DNA from: Gemmatimonas sp.
Lineage (GTDB): Bacteria; Gemmatimonadota; Gemmatimonadetes; Gemmatimonadales; Gemmatimonadaceae
NCBI GenBank assembly: GCA_965279375.1
Contig: OZ257156.1
Location: forward strand, 4,992,001 to 5,056,000
DNA length: 64,000 nt
Direction: 5' to 3'
Positions 7,589 to 19,840 of the stretch are shown piece after piece; positions within the stretch are counted from its first letter, which is position 1, and every line of letters starts with the position of its first letter. The notes below the pieces were generated by a model. That model made no database searches, had not been told where the DNA came from, and saw nothing but the letters and a program-made list of their open reading frames with translations. The position numbers were made by a program, and so were the translations under genes.

Positions 7589-9685
7589 CTACGCCGACGC
7601 CAGGACCGACGAGGCCGTCTCCAGTGCGCCGATCAGCTCGTCCCGCGTGAACGGCTTCGGCAAAAAGTGCGAGCGGAGCTGAAGCATCGACGCCTCGGTC
7701 ACGGTTTCGGACGCAAAGCCGGACACCAGCACCACCGGCAGTCGAGGCCATCGTGTGCGCAGTCGTGTCAGCAACTCCATGCCGGTAATCCCTGGCATCA
7801 GATAGTCGCTGACCACCGCACTGAGCGCGCCGTCGCACGCCACGACGTGCTGCATCGCCTCATCACCGGAGCTGGCCGTGAGCACATCGTAGCCCTCGCG
7901 TTCCAGCAGCCGGCGAATCACGCGACGCGGCCCCACATCGTCGTCGACGACGAGAATCGGCAAGCGCGATTCGCGGTGGACGATCGCCGACCCGAGGGCG
8001 GGTGTAATCTGCAGCGATGCCCCTGAAGCCAGCGCTTCCGGCAGGAGCAGCATCACCGTGTGTCCGCCATCGTCGTTCGTATGGCGCCGAACGCGCCCGC
8101 CAAACGGCGCCAGCAGCGCCGCTGTCGTCGCAATGGCGTCCTCGTCGCGCCTGTCGGACAGATCAGCCGCGTCGCCCACTCCATCGCTCGGCGGATTCGT
8201 CAGCGCGGGAAAGTCCAGGCGTATCGCAACCGCAGGAGTTCCCGCCAGCGTCTCGCTCTCCACGGATCGAGCATCACCAACGTTCAGAGTTGGCTCGCCT
8301 CGCGCGCTGCGCAGCACCAGCGGTCGCGGCAAACGCGAACTCCGGCCGCTCTCTCCTGTCGACACATCCACCACGCGGTCGACTTGGGACGTCGCCGTCC
8401 CCGACGCGAATTCACTTGCGAGAGCTGTGGAGGCCGTCGCCACGAGGCTCAACAGCGCGAGCGAGAGCTGCCGTTCGTCGATCACCACCTTCGCACCCGC
8501 AGCATCCAGCGCAAGCTCCAACGCGCAGCGCTTGTCGACGAGTTCGTGCACGAGTGCCTGCAGCGGCGCGCGCAGCGCGCGCAATGCATCGTCGATGGGG
8601 ACTCTAGTCGGCAGCGACGGCTGTTGTCCCGCGAACGAAAGCAACTGCCCGACGAGCACTTGTCCGTGCTTCGCCGCCCGACGCACCACCGCCAACTCGG
8701 CTTCTCCCTCGCTCGCCGATCGCGCCTTTTGCATTAGCTCCGCACTGCCGCCGATGACGGTGAGGATGCTGCTGAAATCATGCGCGACACCGGCCGCCAG
8801 CGCGCGTACCGCCTCGAGCTGCTGCCCAGTCACTTCCCGTTCGCGCGCGTCGTGCTTGGCCAGCTCTCGTCGCGTTGCGCGCTCCACTGTCACGTCTTCG
8901 ATGGTCCACAAACGACCGTCGCTCGGCGTCTCGCTCACCGGCACTGTCGAGACGCGCCACACCTCTTGGGCCGCACCGGAAAACTCCCAGTCCCAATCCC
9001 GCAACTCGGCCTGACGCTCTCTGACGAGTCGCGCGTATTCCGTCTCGATGCGATGCCGGTGTTCCAGCCGCTCGTGCACACACTGCATCGCGCCGGCCAG
9101 CTGCACCGCCGACACAGTACCCTCAGGAATTGAAAGCAGGCGCGCCGCTTCCCGGTTGACGAACGCCGCCGCGCCGTGCGCAGACACAAAGACGATGCCG
9201 TGCGGCGCAGATCGCATGATCGCCGCGAGTCGTTCCGCGGCGCGCTCGCAACTGCGTCGTGCGACGTCCGGCGCGAGTATCAGCGACGCGAGTGCACGGA
9301 GCGCCGGCAGTTGCGTTCCCGCAGTTGCGGCGAACGTGGTATGGTTGCCATCGCACCAGACGAGCAACAACGCGGAAACTACGCCATCCGGCGACGCGTC
9401 CACCGGGGAAACCGAGGCGGAGTCTGCTCGCTCGAAAACAAGTGCGCTGTCCGTCACACGCAGGGGCAACCAGTTCGTATAGGCGCTGGAGAGGAGTCGC
9501 GCAGGCAAGGCATCGGTGAGCACCAGGCCACTGCCGTTGCGCAACAGCTCATACGGGATGCGAAGTGTCCCGGCGATCATGGCTGGCGGCGACGAGTCGA
9601 CAACCACCGCGACGTCGTCATGGTGACAAGACAACAACAGTGCCCCATCAGCGCCCGTCAGCGCGCGAATCGACTCGAGCATCAT
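7589..9685 (-). CDS. hybrid sensor kinase-like protein (PAS, HisKA, degenerate HATPase, receiver)
   Basis: PAS (APHGIVFV..FVNREAARLL), H-box AGVAHDFSSILTVIGG, receiver LVVDDD..VVSDYLMPG..FLPKPF; ATG overlaps the upstream stop (ATGA). Confidence 0.85.
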   Translation of the reverse strand: MMLESIRALTGADGALLLSCHHDDVAVVVDSSPPAMIAGTLRIPYELLRNGSGLVLTDALPARLLSSAYTNWLPLRVTDSALVFERADSASVSPVDASPDGVVSALLLVWCDGNHTTFAATAGTQLPALRALASLILAPDVARRSCERAAERLAAIMRSAPHGIVFVSAHGAAAFVNREAARLLSIPEGTVSAVQLAGAMQCVHERLEHRHRIETEYARLVRERQAELRDWDWEFSGAAQEVWRVSTVPVSETPSDGRLWTIEDVTVERATRRELAKHDAREREVTGQQLEAVRALAAGVAHDFSSILTVIGGSAELMQKARSASEGEAELAVVRRAAKHGQVLVGQLLSFAGQQPSLPTRVPIDDALRALRAPLQALVHELVDKRCALELALDAAGAKVVIDERQLSLALLSLVATASTALASEFASGTATSQVDRVVDVSTGESGRSSRLPRPLVLRSARGEPTLNVGDARSVESETLAGTPAVAIRLDFPALTNPPSDGVGDAADLSDRRDEDAIATTAALLAPFGGRVRRHTNDDGGHTVMLLLPEALASGASLQITPALGSAIVHRESRLPILVVDDDVGPRRVIRRLLEREGYDVLTASSGDEAMQHVVACDGALSAVVSDYLMPGITGMELLTRLRTRWPRLPVVLVSGFASETVTEASMLQLRSHFLPKPFTRDELIGALETASSVLASA

Positions 9686-10470
9686 TGCTCCAACCACTCG
9701 TCGAGGATTCCGCGCAGCGCCAGTCGAACCTCGGCTGGAGCCGTGAGTTGCGGAACGTGTCCGCGCGCCGCCAGCAGCATCAGCGATGCATGCGGCAACT
9801 GCTGATGCAGATACAGACTCACCGCCATCGGAACCGCGACATCGTCCTGCAGTTGCAAAAGGGTCACCGGCTGATGGACTCGTCGCGGCACGTCGCGGTA
9901 GTCGCCAAAGAAAATCGTGCGCAGCGACTGCAGGGCGACATCCGCCCGGAGCTGCAGCAGGCCGTTTGTGAATTCGTGGATCGCATCCGGTCTCGCGTCC
10001 GCTCCCAGCGCCAGCGGAGCAAACCCGGCCGCCCACCCCTGATAGTCAGCAGCCGCGCTCTCGATCATCTGCTGCACCGCCTTCGCGGTGAAGCCGCCGT
10101 GGTATCCAACATCATCCAGGTATCGTGGCGACGCTGCGATCAGCGCCAGACGTGCAATGCGCTCCGGCATTGACGTTGCGGCGATGAGCCCGATCATGCC
10201 ACTGACGGAGTGGCCGACAAACAGCGCGTCCCTTACGTCGAGTTCGTCGAGCAGCGACATAACGTCGTCCGCATATCCGTACAGCGTATCGTACGGCTCG
10301 GCCGTGTAGCCTGCCGGCGGCGCATGCGGCATGCCGATGTAGTCGAAACGCACGACCCGCACCCGTGGCGTCAGTGCCTCCAGCACTCCGCGCCAGCTCT
10401 CCTGCGTTGTGCCGAGCCCGTTGGCCAGCACGACCACCCGATCGCCGCGACCCGATACGGTCGCGTTCAT
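9682..10470 (-). CDS. RsbQ/KAI2/D14-family alpha/beta hydrolase
   Basis: FVGHSVSGMIG nucleophile elbow, ASPRYLDD..YHGGF, DDVAVP (Asp), GHVPQL (His). Alternative start at 10497. Confidence 0.9.
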   Translation of the reverse strand: MNATVSGRGDRVVVLANGLGTTQESWRGVLEALTPRVRVVRFDYIGMPHAPPAGYTAEPYDTLYGYADDVMSLLDELDVRDALFVGHSVSGMIGLIAATSMPERIARLALIAASPRYLDDVGYHGGFTAKAVQQMIESAAADYQGWAAGFAPLALGADARPDAIHEFTNGLLQLRADVALQSLRTIFFGDYRDVPRRVHQPVTLLQLQDDVAVPMAVSLYLHQQLPHASLMLLAARGHVPQLTAPAEVRLALRGILDEWLEQ

Positions 10471-10762
10471 GCGCTCACGAGCTGCACCTTGCTGCATTGT
10501 CGCTCCGGCGGCCCGTCGCGCCCTGCGTTTGTGAGCGCCCCATCATCGAAGCCCTCAACTGCCGCGCGGCGGTGAGCCCAATGCTGCGCTCAGTCCGCCA
10601 GCACGCAAGAGGCAAAAGTCCGACACGCCTCTGTTCTGTAACGAGGCGGGCCCGCTGAGCTCGCCGTCCTCAAGACGGTCGGCGCCATCGCGTCCGAGTC
10701 GCGCGCCACTTGCCACCCGTCTCCGCGGCTTGTCAGTTGGGCGTGACCTCAGCCCATTCCGC

Positions 10763-12091
10763 ATGACCTTTCCTCACTCGCGCTTCGCTCACGGCGTTCC
10801 TGCCGCCTTGGCGGCCGCTGCGCTGTTCACCGCTCCGCACACTGCACGCGCGCAGCATCCGAGCGCCGCTCCCACTGCTCCTCGCATCATTCGCGCGGGC
10901 ACGGTACTCGATGGGACGGGTCGCGTCCTTCGCAATATCGACCTGCTGATCACGAACGGACGCATCGCGCAACTCCGCCCATCCACTGGGCCGCTGCCTG
11001 CTGGCGCTCTCGATCTGCGTGGACAGACCTTGCTCCCCGGCCTCATCGACACGCACGTCCACCTCGGCTGGTACATCAACGACAAGAATCGCTTGCACGA
11101 CGATCGTGACGGCGACTCGCCGACCGTGAGCGCGCTCAATCAGGCCGGAAACGCGTGGGAGACGCTGCGCGCCGGCTTCACCACCGTGCAGAGCATCGGC
11201 GAATCGGAGAACGGCCCGCTCCGCGATGCCATCAATCGCGGGGTGCTCCCCGGGCCTCGCGTACTCACCTCCCTCGGCTCGCTCAGTGAGCGTACAGCGG
11301 GCGGCACGCCGGACTCGCTGCGCGCCGCCGTGCGTCGTTTCAAGGCGCGGGGCGCCGATGTGATCAAGATCTTCGCGTCCAAGTCGATTCGCGACGGCGG
11401 TGAAGCCACGATGACGGATGAGCAGCTCACCGCCGCGTGCGGCGAATCACGCTCGCTCGGTCTGCGATCGGTCGTCCATGCGCACTCCGCCGAAGCGGTG
11501 CAGCGCGCGGCTCGGGCCGGATGCACGCAAGTGGAACACGGCGTCTTTGCCGACGACGCCACGCGCGCGATGCTGGTGGAACGCGGCACGTTCTTCGATC
11601 CGCAGTGTGGACTCGTCTTTCACAACTACCTCGACAACAAGCCGTGGTTCGACGGTATCGGCAACTACAACGCCGTCGGGTTCGCATCGATGGAGAAGGC
11701 GCTGCCGCTGGCCGAAGCGGGGATCGGATTGGCCAGCAAAACACCCAAGCTCAAACTCGTGTTCGGAACGGATGCAGTCGCCGGAGCGCATGGTCGCAAC
11801 GCCGAGGAACTCGTCTGTCGCGTACGCAAAGGCGGACAGGGCGCGATGGACGCGATCATCAGCGCCACGTCGCGCGCCGCGGAATCGCTGGGCCTCGAGA
11901 AAGACATCGGGCGCATCGCCGAGGGCTTCAGCGCCGATCTCATCGCCACCGACGGCGATCCGTCGCAGGAGATCGAAGCGTCACAGCGCGTGAGCTTTGT
12001 GATGCGCGCCGGCCGCGTCTATCGCAACGATGCCACCACGAACGTGGCGGCGAATGCCACCGCCCGCACCCGTCGCCCGGAGCAGAAGTGA
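10763..12091 (+). CDS. secreted metal-dependent amidohydrolase
   Basis: Signal peptide; LLPGLIDTHVH, GADVIKIF, VVHAH, VEHG, FGTD, GRIAEGFSADLIA. Confidence 0.9.
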   Translation: MTFPHSRFAHGVPAALAAAALFTAPHTARAQHPSAAPTAPRIIRAGTVLDGTGRVLRNIDLLITNGRIAQLRPSTGPLPAGALDLRGQTLLPGLIDTHVHLGWYINDKNRLHDDRDGDSPTVSALNQAGNAWETLRAGFTTVQSIGESENGPLRDAINRGVLPGPRVLTSLGSLSERTAGGTPDSLRAAVRRFKARGADVIKIFASKSIRDGGEATMTDEQLTAACGESRSLGLRSVVHAHSAEAVQRAARAGCTQVEHGVFADDATRAMLVERGTFFDPQCGLVFHNYLDNKPWFDGIGNYNAVGFASMEKALPLAEAGIGLASKTPKLKLVFGTDAVAGAHGRNAEELVCRVRKGGQGAMDAIISATSRAAESLGLEKDIGRIAEGFSADLIATDGDPSQEIEASQRVSFVMRAGRVYRNDATTNVAANATARTRRPEQK

Positions 12092-12759
12092 GCGAACCGC
12101 ACGTGCCCAACGATAGCGCCACCTCGCGTCGCAACTTTCTTCGAACCGCCGGTACGCTGGCCGCAACGGCCGCCGCATCGGGAACACTCGGCGCTGCGGC
12201 ATGCGCGCCCATCGACAGAGCGCCCGGCAACCCCGCCAGCGCGGCGGGCGGCGCCGCGCGCGCTCACGGCTTCGACCGAACGCAGCTCAACGCGCTCGGC
12301 GAGGTGCTGCTCCCGGGTGCGCTTGGTGCGGACGGTCGTGCGGCGGCCATCGCCGCGTTCGTGGAATGGGTGGATGGCTACGAACCGGTTGCTGAAGAGA
12401 TGCACGGGTACGGCTACGCAGACGTTCGCTACCTGCCTGCCGACCCAGCGCCAGCGTGGCGCGCGCAGCTGACAGCGCTCGACCTGCTGGCGCAGCGCAC
12501 GCGCGGAAAGGAATTCGCTGCGCTCGACGTGCCGGCGCGCGAAGCCATCGTGACGATGGCTCTGCGTGATGTACGAGGGGATCGCTTGCCGCCACCACTC
12601 GAAGCATCGCACATCGCGCTGGCCTTGCTCGCTCATTGGGCCTCGTCACCCGATGCGTGGAACCGCGCGCTTGGAGTGGAGGTGTCGCCCGGCACTTGTC
12701 GGCCGCTCGCCGACGCAACGCGCGCGCCGCTCCCGATGGCAGCGGGGGCCAAGCCGTGA
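12088..12759 (+). CDS. Tat-exported gluconate-2-dehydrogenase subunit 3-like protein
   Basis: SRRNFL twin-arginine signal, F.ALD...R motif; GTGA overlaps with both neighbours; precedes a GMC flavoprotein. Confidence 0.75.
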   Translation: MSEPHVPNDSATSRRNFLRTAGTLAATAAASGTLGAAACAPIDRAPGNPASAAGGAARAHGFDRTQLNALGEVLLPGALGADGRAAAIAAFVEWVDGYEPVAEEMHGYGYADVRYLPADPAPAWRAQLTALDLLAQRTRGKEFAALDVPAREAIVTMALRDVRGDRLPPPLEASHIALALLAHWASSPDAWNRALGVEVSPGTCRPLADATRAPLPMAAGAKP

Positions 12760-14375
12760 AAACGCGCGCAAAGACAATCGAGACGGATATTCTGATCGTC
12801 GGCAGTGGCATCACTGCCGCACTGATGGCCGCGCACCTAGCCGAAAAGACCACGCGCGCGATCACCGTGGTGGAAGCCGGTAAGCCAACGACGCCGTTCT
12901 CCGAGCGCGGCACCGCACGTGCACGCTTCATGGCCTACGGCGAAAGTCCGTGGAAGCAGGACCATCTCGATGACCAGAACGCCTTCGGCACGACGTGGGG
13001 CTTCTCGCCGAGCATGAACGTGGGCGGCCTGGCCATGCACTGGGGCGGCGTCTCGCCACGCTACTCGCCGGAAGACTTTCGCCTGCAATCGATGTTCGGC
13101 GTGGGGCACGACTGGCCATACACCTACGACGACCTCGATCCGTTCTATCAGGAAGCCGAAGAGCGGATGGGGGTGTCTGGCGAGCAGGGCCCCGTGGCGC
13201 TCGATCCGCGCGGCAAGCCGTATCCACTGCCGCCGCTGCCGATCAACCACAATCTCAAGCAGCTGCAATCCTGGGCGAGCAAGGCGGGGATCGCCACTTG
13301 GAGCACGCCGTCCGCCAAGAATTCCATTGCACGCGATGGACGAGCGCAGTGTCAGCGATGCGACACCTGCTATCCGGTCTGCCCAACCGGCGCGAAGTAC
13401 TCGCCGGACTTCACATGGGACGCCCTCGTACGCGACAAGAAGATCACGCTGCTCACCGAATCGCTGGTGCGTCGTCTCGTCGCCGATCCCAAGACCGGGC
13501 GCATCGTGCGCGCCACCGGCAACCGCACCGATGCCGCCGCGGAAGAGTTCACGATCACCGCGAAGACGTTCGTGCTTGCCGCCGGATTCGTCTGGTCGCC
13601 GCACCTGCTGCTGTTGTCGCGTGATGACGCGCATCCCAACGGACTCGCCAATCGCAGCGGCCTCGTTGGCGGCTATCTCGCCGGCCATCGCAACGTGAAC
13701 TCGTATTTGCGACTACCCATGGAGCTCTTCCCGGGCATCAACGCGCAACACTCGCTCGTCTCCAAGCAGTTCATGCGCGTAGGCCGGAGTTCACGCTACT
13801 TCCGCCACGACCTGCGTATCTGGGAGTCGAGTGTCGGGCGCGAGCCGCGACTCAAAGGCGACGACGGCACGCCGCACTTCGGCGACAAGCTGCTCGCCGA
13901 CTGGCAGCAGCGGGCGAAGGGCGCAACGGCGCGCGTCCGTGGGTACTACGATGTCATTCCCGATCGCGACAGCAAGCTTGTGCTCGACAACGCGCACACA
14001 AATCGCTTCGGCGATCCGATGCCCAACGTCATGTTCAAGGACGCACCGGAGAGCGCAGCGCTTCGTGACTGGCAGGAAGAGCAGCTACGGGAACTCTTCC
14101 GCACCATGGCCAAGGCCGGCGGCGGCGAGATTCTGCGCATGGAGAACAGCAACAACGACCTCGGCCAGGAGCATCCCACTGGCGGCTGCCGGATGGGAGA
14201 TGATCCCACCGCCAGCGTGGTGGACGGCTGGGGACGAGCGCACGACCATGAGAACCTGTGGGTGGCCGGCGCACCAACCCAGCCGAGTGCGTCGTGCTGC
14301 AACGGTACGCTGACGTTCGTCGCTGTCGGACTGCGCACAGCGTCGGCGATCGCGAACGAAAAGGCGACATCGTGA
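12756..14375 (+). CDS. GMC family FAD oxidoreductase
   Basis: ILIVGSGITA FAD loop, VGGLAMHWGG, CQRCDTCYPVCPTGAKY Cys cluster, HPTGGCRMG, HDHENLWV. Confidence 0.93.
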   Translation: MKTRAKTIETDILIVGSGITAALMAAHLAEKTTRAITVVEAGKPTTPFSERGTARARFMAYGESPWKQDHLDDQNAFGTTWGFSPSMNVGGLAMHWGGVSPRYSPEDFRLQSMFGVGHDWPYTYDDLDPFYQEAEERMGVSGEQGPVALDPRGKPYPLPPLPINHNLKQLQSWASKAGIATWSTPSAKNSIARDGRAQCQRCDTCYPVCPTGAKYSPDFTWDALVRDKKITLLTESLVRRLVADPKTGRIVRATGNRTDAAAEEFTITAKTFVLAAGFVWSPHLLLLSRDDAHPNGLANRSGLVGGYLAGHRNVNSYLRLPMELFPGINAQHSLVSKQFMRVGRSSRYFRHDLRIWESSVGREPRLKGDDGTPHFGDKLLADWQQRAKGATARVRGYYDVIPDRDSKLVLDNAHTNRFGDPMPNVMFKDAPESAALRDWQEEQLRELFRTMAKAGGGEILRMENSNNDLGQEHPTGGCRMGDDPTASVVDGWGRAHDHENLWVAGAPTQPSASCCNGTLTFVAVGLRTASAIANEKATS

Positions 14376-14493
14376 TGCGGCATCGACAAGTGTGTTGTCG
14401 CGCGTGAATCCTTTTCGTGAAGAACTGGCTCTAGAGGGCATGGGGATGGCGACCGTCGCCGCCCCATCGCCCACATTCATCCGGAGTCGCTCC

Positions 14494-14700
14494 ATGTCTG
14501 CCCTCCTTGCCAAGAACGTCGGCCCGATCGATCGCGCACTTCGCTTCGCACTCGGCGTCGGCCTGCTGTCCATCGCGTTCACCGGCCCGCAAACGGCGTG
14601 GGGCTACCTCGGCTTCATTCCGCTGATTACCGCCACACTCGGCAGCTGCCCGTTGTACTCGATCTTCGGCTGGAACACGTGCTCGGTACGTCGAGCGTGA
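14494..14700 (+). CDS. DUF2892 (YgaP-like) membrane protein
   Basis: KNVGPIDRALRFALG...GSCPLYSIFGWNTC. Confidence 0.9.
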   Translation: MSALLAKNVGPIDRALRFALGVGLLSIAFTGPQTAWGYLGFIPLITATLGSCPLYSIFGWNTCSVRRA

Positions 14701-15293
14701 TGGACGATGCCGCGCTCTTGCGCGCGGCGTCCGCTGGCGATGCGCGTGCATTCGAGACGTTCATGCACGCGCATGAGGCAGCGGTGCAACGCTATCTCCG
14801 TAGCGCCTTCTCGGATATCGACGTGGATGACGCGCTGCAGGAGACCTTCATCGCCGCGTGGCGCGGCGCGGCCACATACACCGGGAGCGGTGCTGCACGC
14901 GGATGGCTGTACGCCATTGCGCGGAATGCCGTGCGACACCAGACGCGCCGCCACGTCGGGGAGCCCGCGCAGCTGGATTCGCTCGACACAGTGTCGTCAC
15001 TCGAGTCGCTCGCCGAGAAAGCGGGCTGGGGATGCGCACATGATGCCGGCGTGCTCTCCGATGCGGCGCTCGCGCGGGAGCAGTTGGGCGCGGCGATGGC
15101 ACAGTTGCCCACCGAAGAGCGAGAGGTGCTGACGCTGCGGGAGCTGGACGGATTCTCCGGAGAGGAGACAGCCGCATTGCTCCACTGCTCGCTCGCCGCC
15201 ACCAAGAGTCGCCTGCACCGTGCGCGCCTGCATTTCGCCGCCGTCCTGCGTCACCTTGATCCAACCCTTGAACAAGGGGCACCCCATGCATGA
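14700..15293 (+). CDS. ECF sigma factor
   Basis: DDALQETFIAAWR, GWLYAIARN (region 2); LPTEEREVLTLRELDGFSGEETAALL..TKSRLHRAR (region 4). Confidence 0.92.
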   Translation: MDDAALLRAASAGDARAFETFMHAHEAAVQRYLRSAFSDIDVDDALQETFIAAWRGAATYTGSGAARGWLYAIARNAVRHQTRRHVGEPAQLDSLDTVSSLESLAEKAGWGCAHDAGVLSDAALAREQLGAAMAQLPTEEREVLTLRELDGFSGEETAALLHCSLAATKSRLHRARLHFAAVLRHLDPTLEQGAPHA

Positions 15294-15561
15294 CGACGGC
15301 CTGAACACATCGATCGCTGGCATTCGCTGCCGAGAGGTGCTCGCGGATCTGTCGGAGTTCGTGGACGGCGCGCTCTCGTCCACTCGCATCGTAGCCCTGC
15401 AGGCGCATCTCGCCGAGTGCGACCGTTGCACGCGTTTTGGCGGCGACGTCGTCCGCCTGCTCACGGCGTTGCGCGCAGGTCTCAGCGCGCCTCCGCTGCT
15501 GAGCCACGAGTCATCGCAGCGACTGCATGCGCGCCTCGCCGAAGTGATGCGCGAACGCTGA
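15286..15561 (+). CDS. zinc-binding (zf-HC2) soluble anti-sigma factor
   Basis: CREVLADLSEFVDG...HLAECDRC; overlaps the sigma gene end; no TM segment. Confidence 0.88.
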   Translation: MHDDGLNTSIAGIRCREVLADLSEFVDGALSSTRIVALQAHLAECDRCTRFGGDVVRLLTALRAGLSAPPLLSHESSQRLHARLAEVMRER

Positions 15562-15603
15562 GCGGGCGCGCGGTTGACGCTGGTGCATCGCGCCGAGTCG
15601 TTG

Positions 15604-15634
15604 TATCTTCAGATATACGTATTCATGAATCTCT
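15604..15634. promoter_or_regulatory. putative ArsR operator upstream of arsR
   Basis: AT-rich tatcttcagatatacgtattcatgaatctct; aligns ungapped with the site at 22663-22693. Confidence 0.6.
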
Positions 15635-15646
15635 GGAGATCGGACC

Positions 15647-15979
15647 GTGGCAAACAAGCGCATGGGAGCGGAACTGCTGGACCTGGTCGCCGATCGCTTC
15701 AAGGCGCTCAGCGACCGAGCGCGACTGAGTCTGCTGCAGGAGCTGCGCAGCGGATCGCGCACGGTGAATGAGCTGGCATCTGTTACGGAGATGGCGCAGG
15801 CCAACGTATCGCGGCATCTGGCCGTGCTGCATGCCAACGGGCTCGTTTCCCGCGAGCGCGATGGCGTCTTCGTGCGCTACCAGCTCGCGGACAAGGATGT
15901 ACTCAAGCTGTGTGACCTCGTCTGTGGTCGACTCGAGTCAGAACTGACCGAACGTCGCAAGGTCATCAGCGGGCGCTGA
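15647..15979 (+). CDS. ArsR/SmtB family transcriptional repressor
   Basis: FKALSDRARLSLL...TVNELA..MAQANVSRHLAVLHANGLV..RDG..VRYQL; C-terminal CDLVC. Confidence 0.93.
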   Translation: MANKRMGAELLDLVADRFKALSDRARLSLLQELRSGSRTVNELASVTEMAQANVSRHLAVLHANGLVSRERDGVFVRYQLADKDVLKLCDLVCGRLESELTERRKVISGR

Positions 15980-16415
15980 GTAGCTGCTCCAGCGCACCGA
16001 TGGGTACGGCGCCGACTTGCCGGGCGACTTCCTTGCCCTCGCGCAGCACCGCAATCGTGGGAATACTGCGGATCCCGAAGCGCGCTGCCACCGTTGGGCT
16101 CCGATCAGTGTCAACCTTGGCAACCAACGCCTGGCCGCGCTGCCGGCGCGCGAGATCGGCGAAGACCGGCGCCATCATCTTGCACGGTCCGCACCAGTCG
16201 GCGTAGAAGTCCACGATGATGGGCACGGCGCTTCCCTTGGCGACCGCGTCGAAGTTTGAATCCGTGAGGATCACCGGTACGTCGAGTGAAATAGGCGCAC
16301 GACAGACGCCACACGCAGGCTTGGCATCGGCCCGCGCGAGATCCACGCGATTGAGCTTCCCGCAGGCGGCACAGGGCACGACCGCCGTCCGCGTCTCTTC
16401 TTTGATACTGGACAT
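15966..16415 (-). CDS. trxC: thioredoxin 2 (TrxC-type)
   Basis: N-terminal CAAC...CGVC zinc finger plus WCGPC active site. Confidence 0.92.
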   Translation of the reverse strand: MSSIKEETRTAVVPCAACGKLNRVDLARADAKPACGVCRAPISLDVPVILTDSNFDAVAKGSAVPIIVDFYADWCGPCKMMAPVFADLARRQRGQALVAKVDTDRSPTVAARFGIRSIPTIAVLREGKEVARQVGAVPIGALEQLLSAR

Positions 16416-16456
16416 CTGCCTTCCCACCTGTCTCGAATGGTTTAACGCGGCGTTGA

Positions 16457-16646
16457 CTAATGCGGCGTACACCCGAGGAGTCGTGTCGCACCGAGCATGC
16501 GCTCCAACGGGCAGAATCCGGTAATGCTGGACTGCAGCAGGTTGAATCCGACAAAGGCCGTAAACAGCAACCACATCGGACTCACCCAGTAGGCCAGCGC
16601 CGCCGAGAGGAGAATGAATACCCCGGCAAAGCGGCGAATGATCACG

Positions 16647-16657
<11 letters not shown>
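16457..16657 (-). CDS. DUF2892 (YgaP-like) membrane protein
   Basis: IIRRFAGVFILLS..WLLFTAFVGFNLLQSSITGFCPLE. Confidence 0.88.
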
Positions 16658-19838
<3,181 letters not shown>

Positions 19839-19840
19839 GC

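Noticed and set aside
11437..12087. N-terminal extension of the Tat subunit ORF
   Set aside because: Lies within the amidohydrolase gene; the Tat signal indicates a start at 12088.
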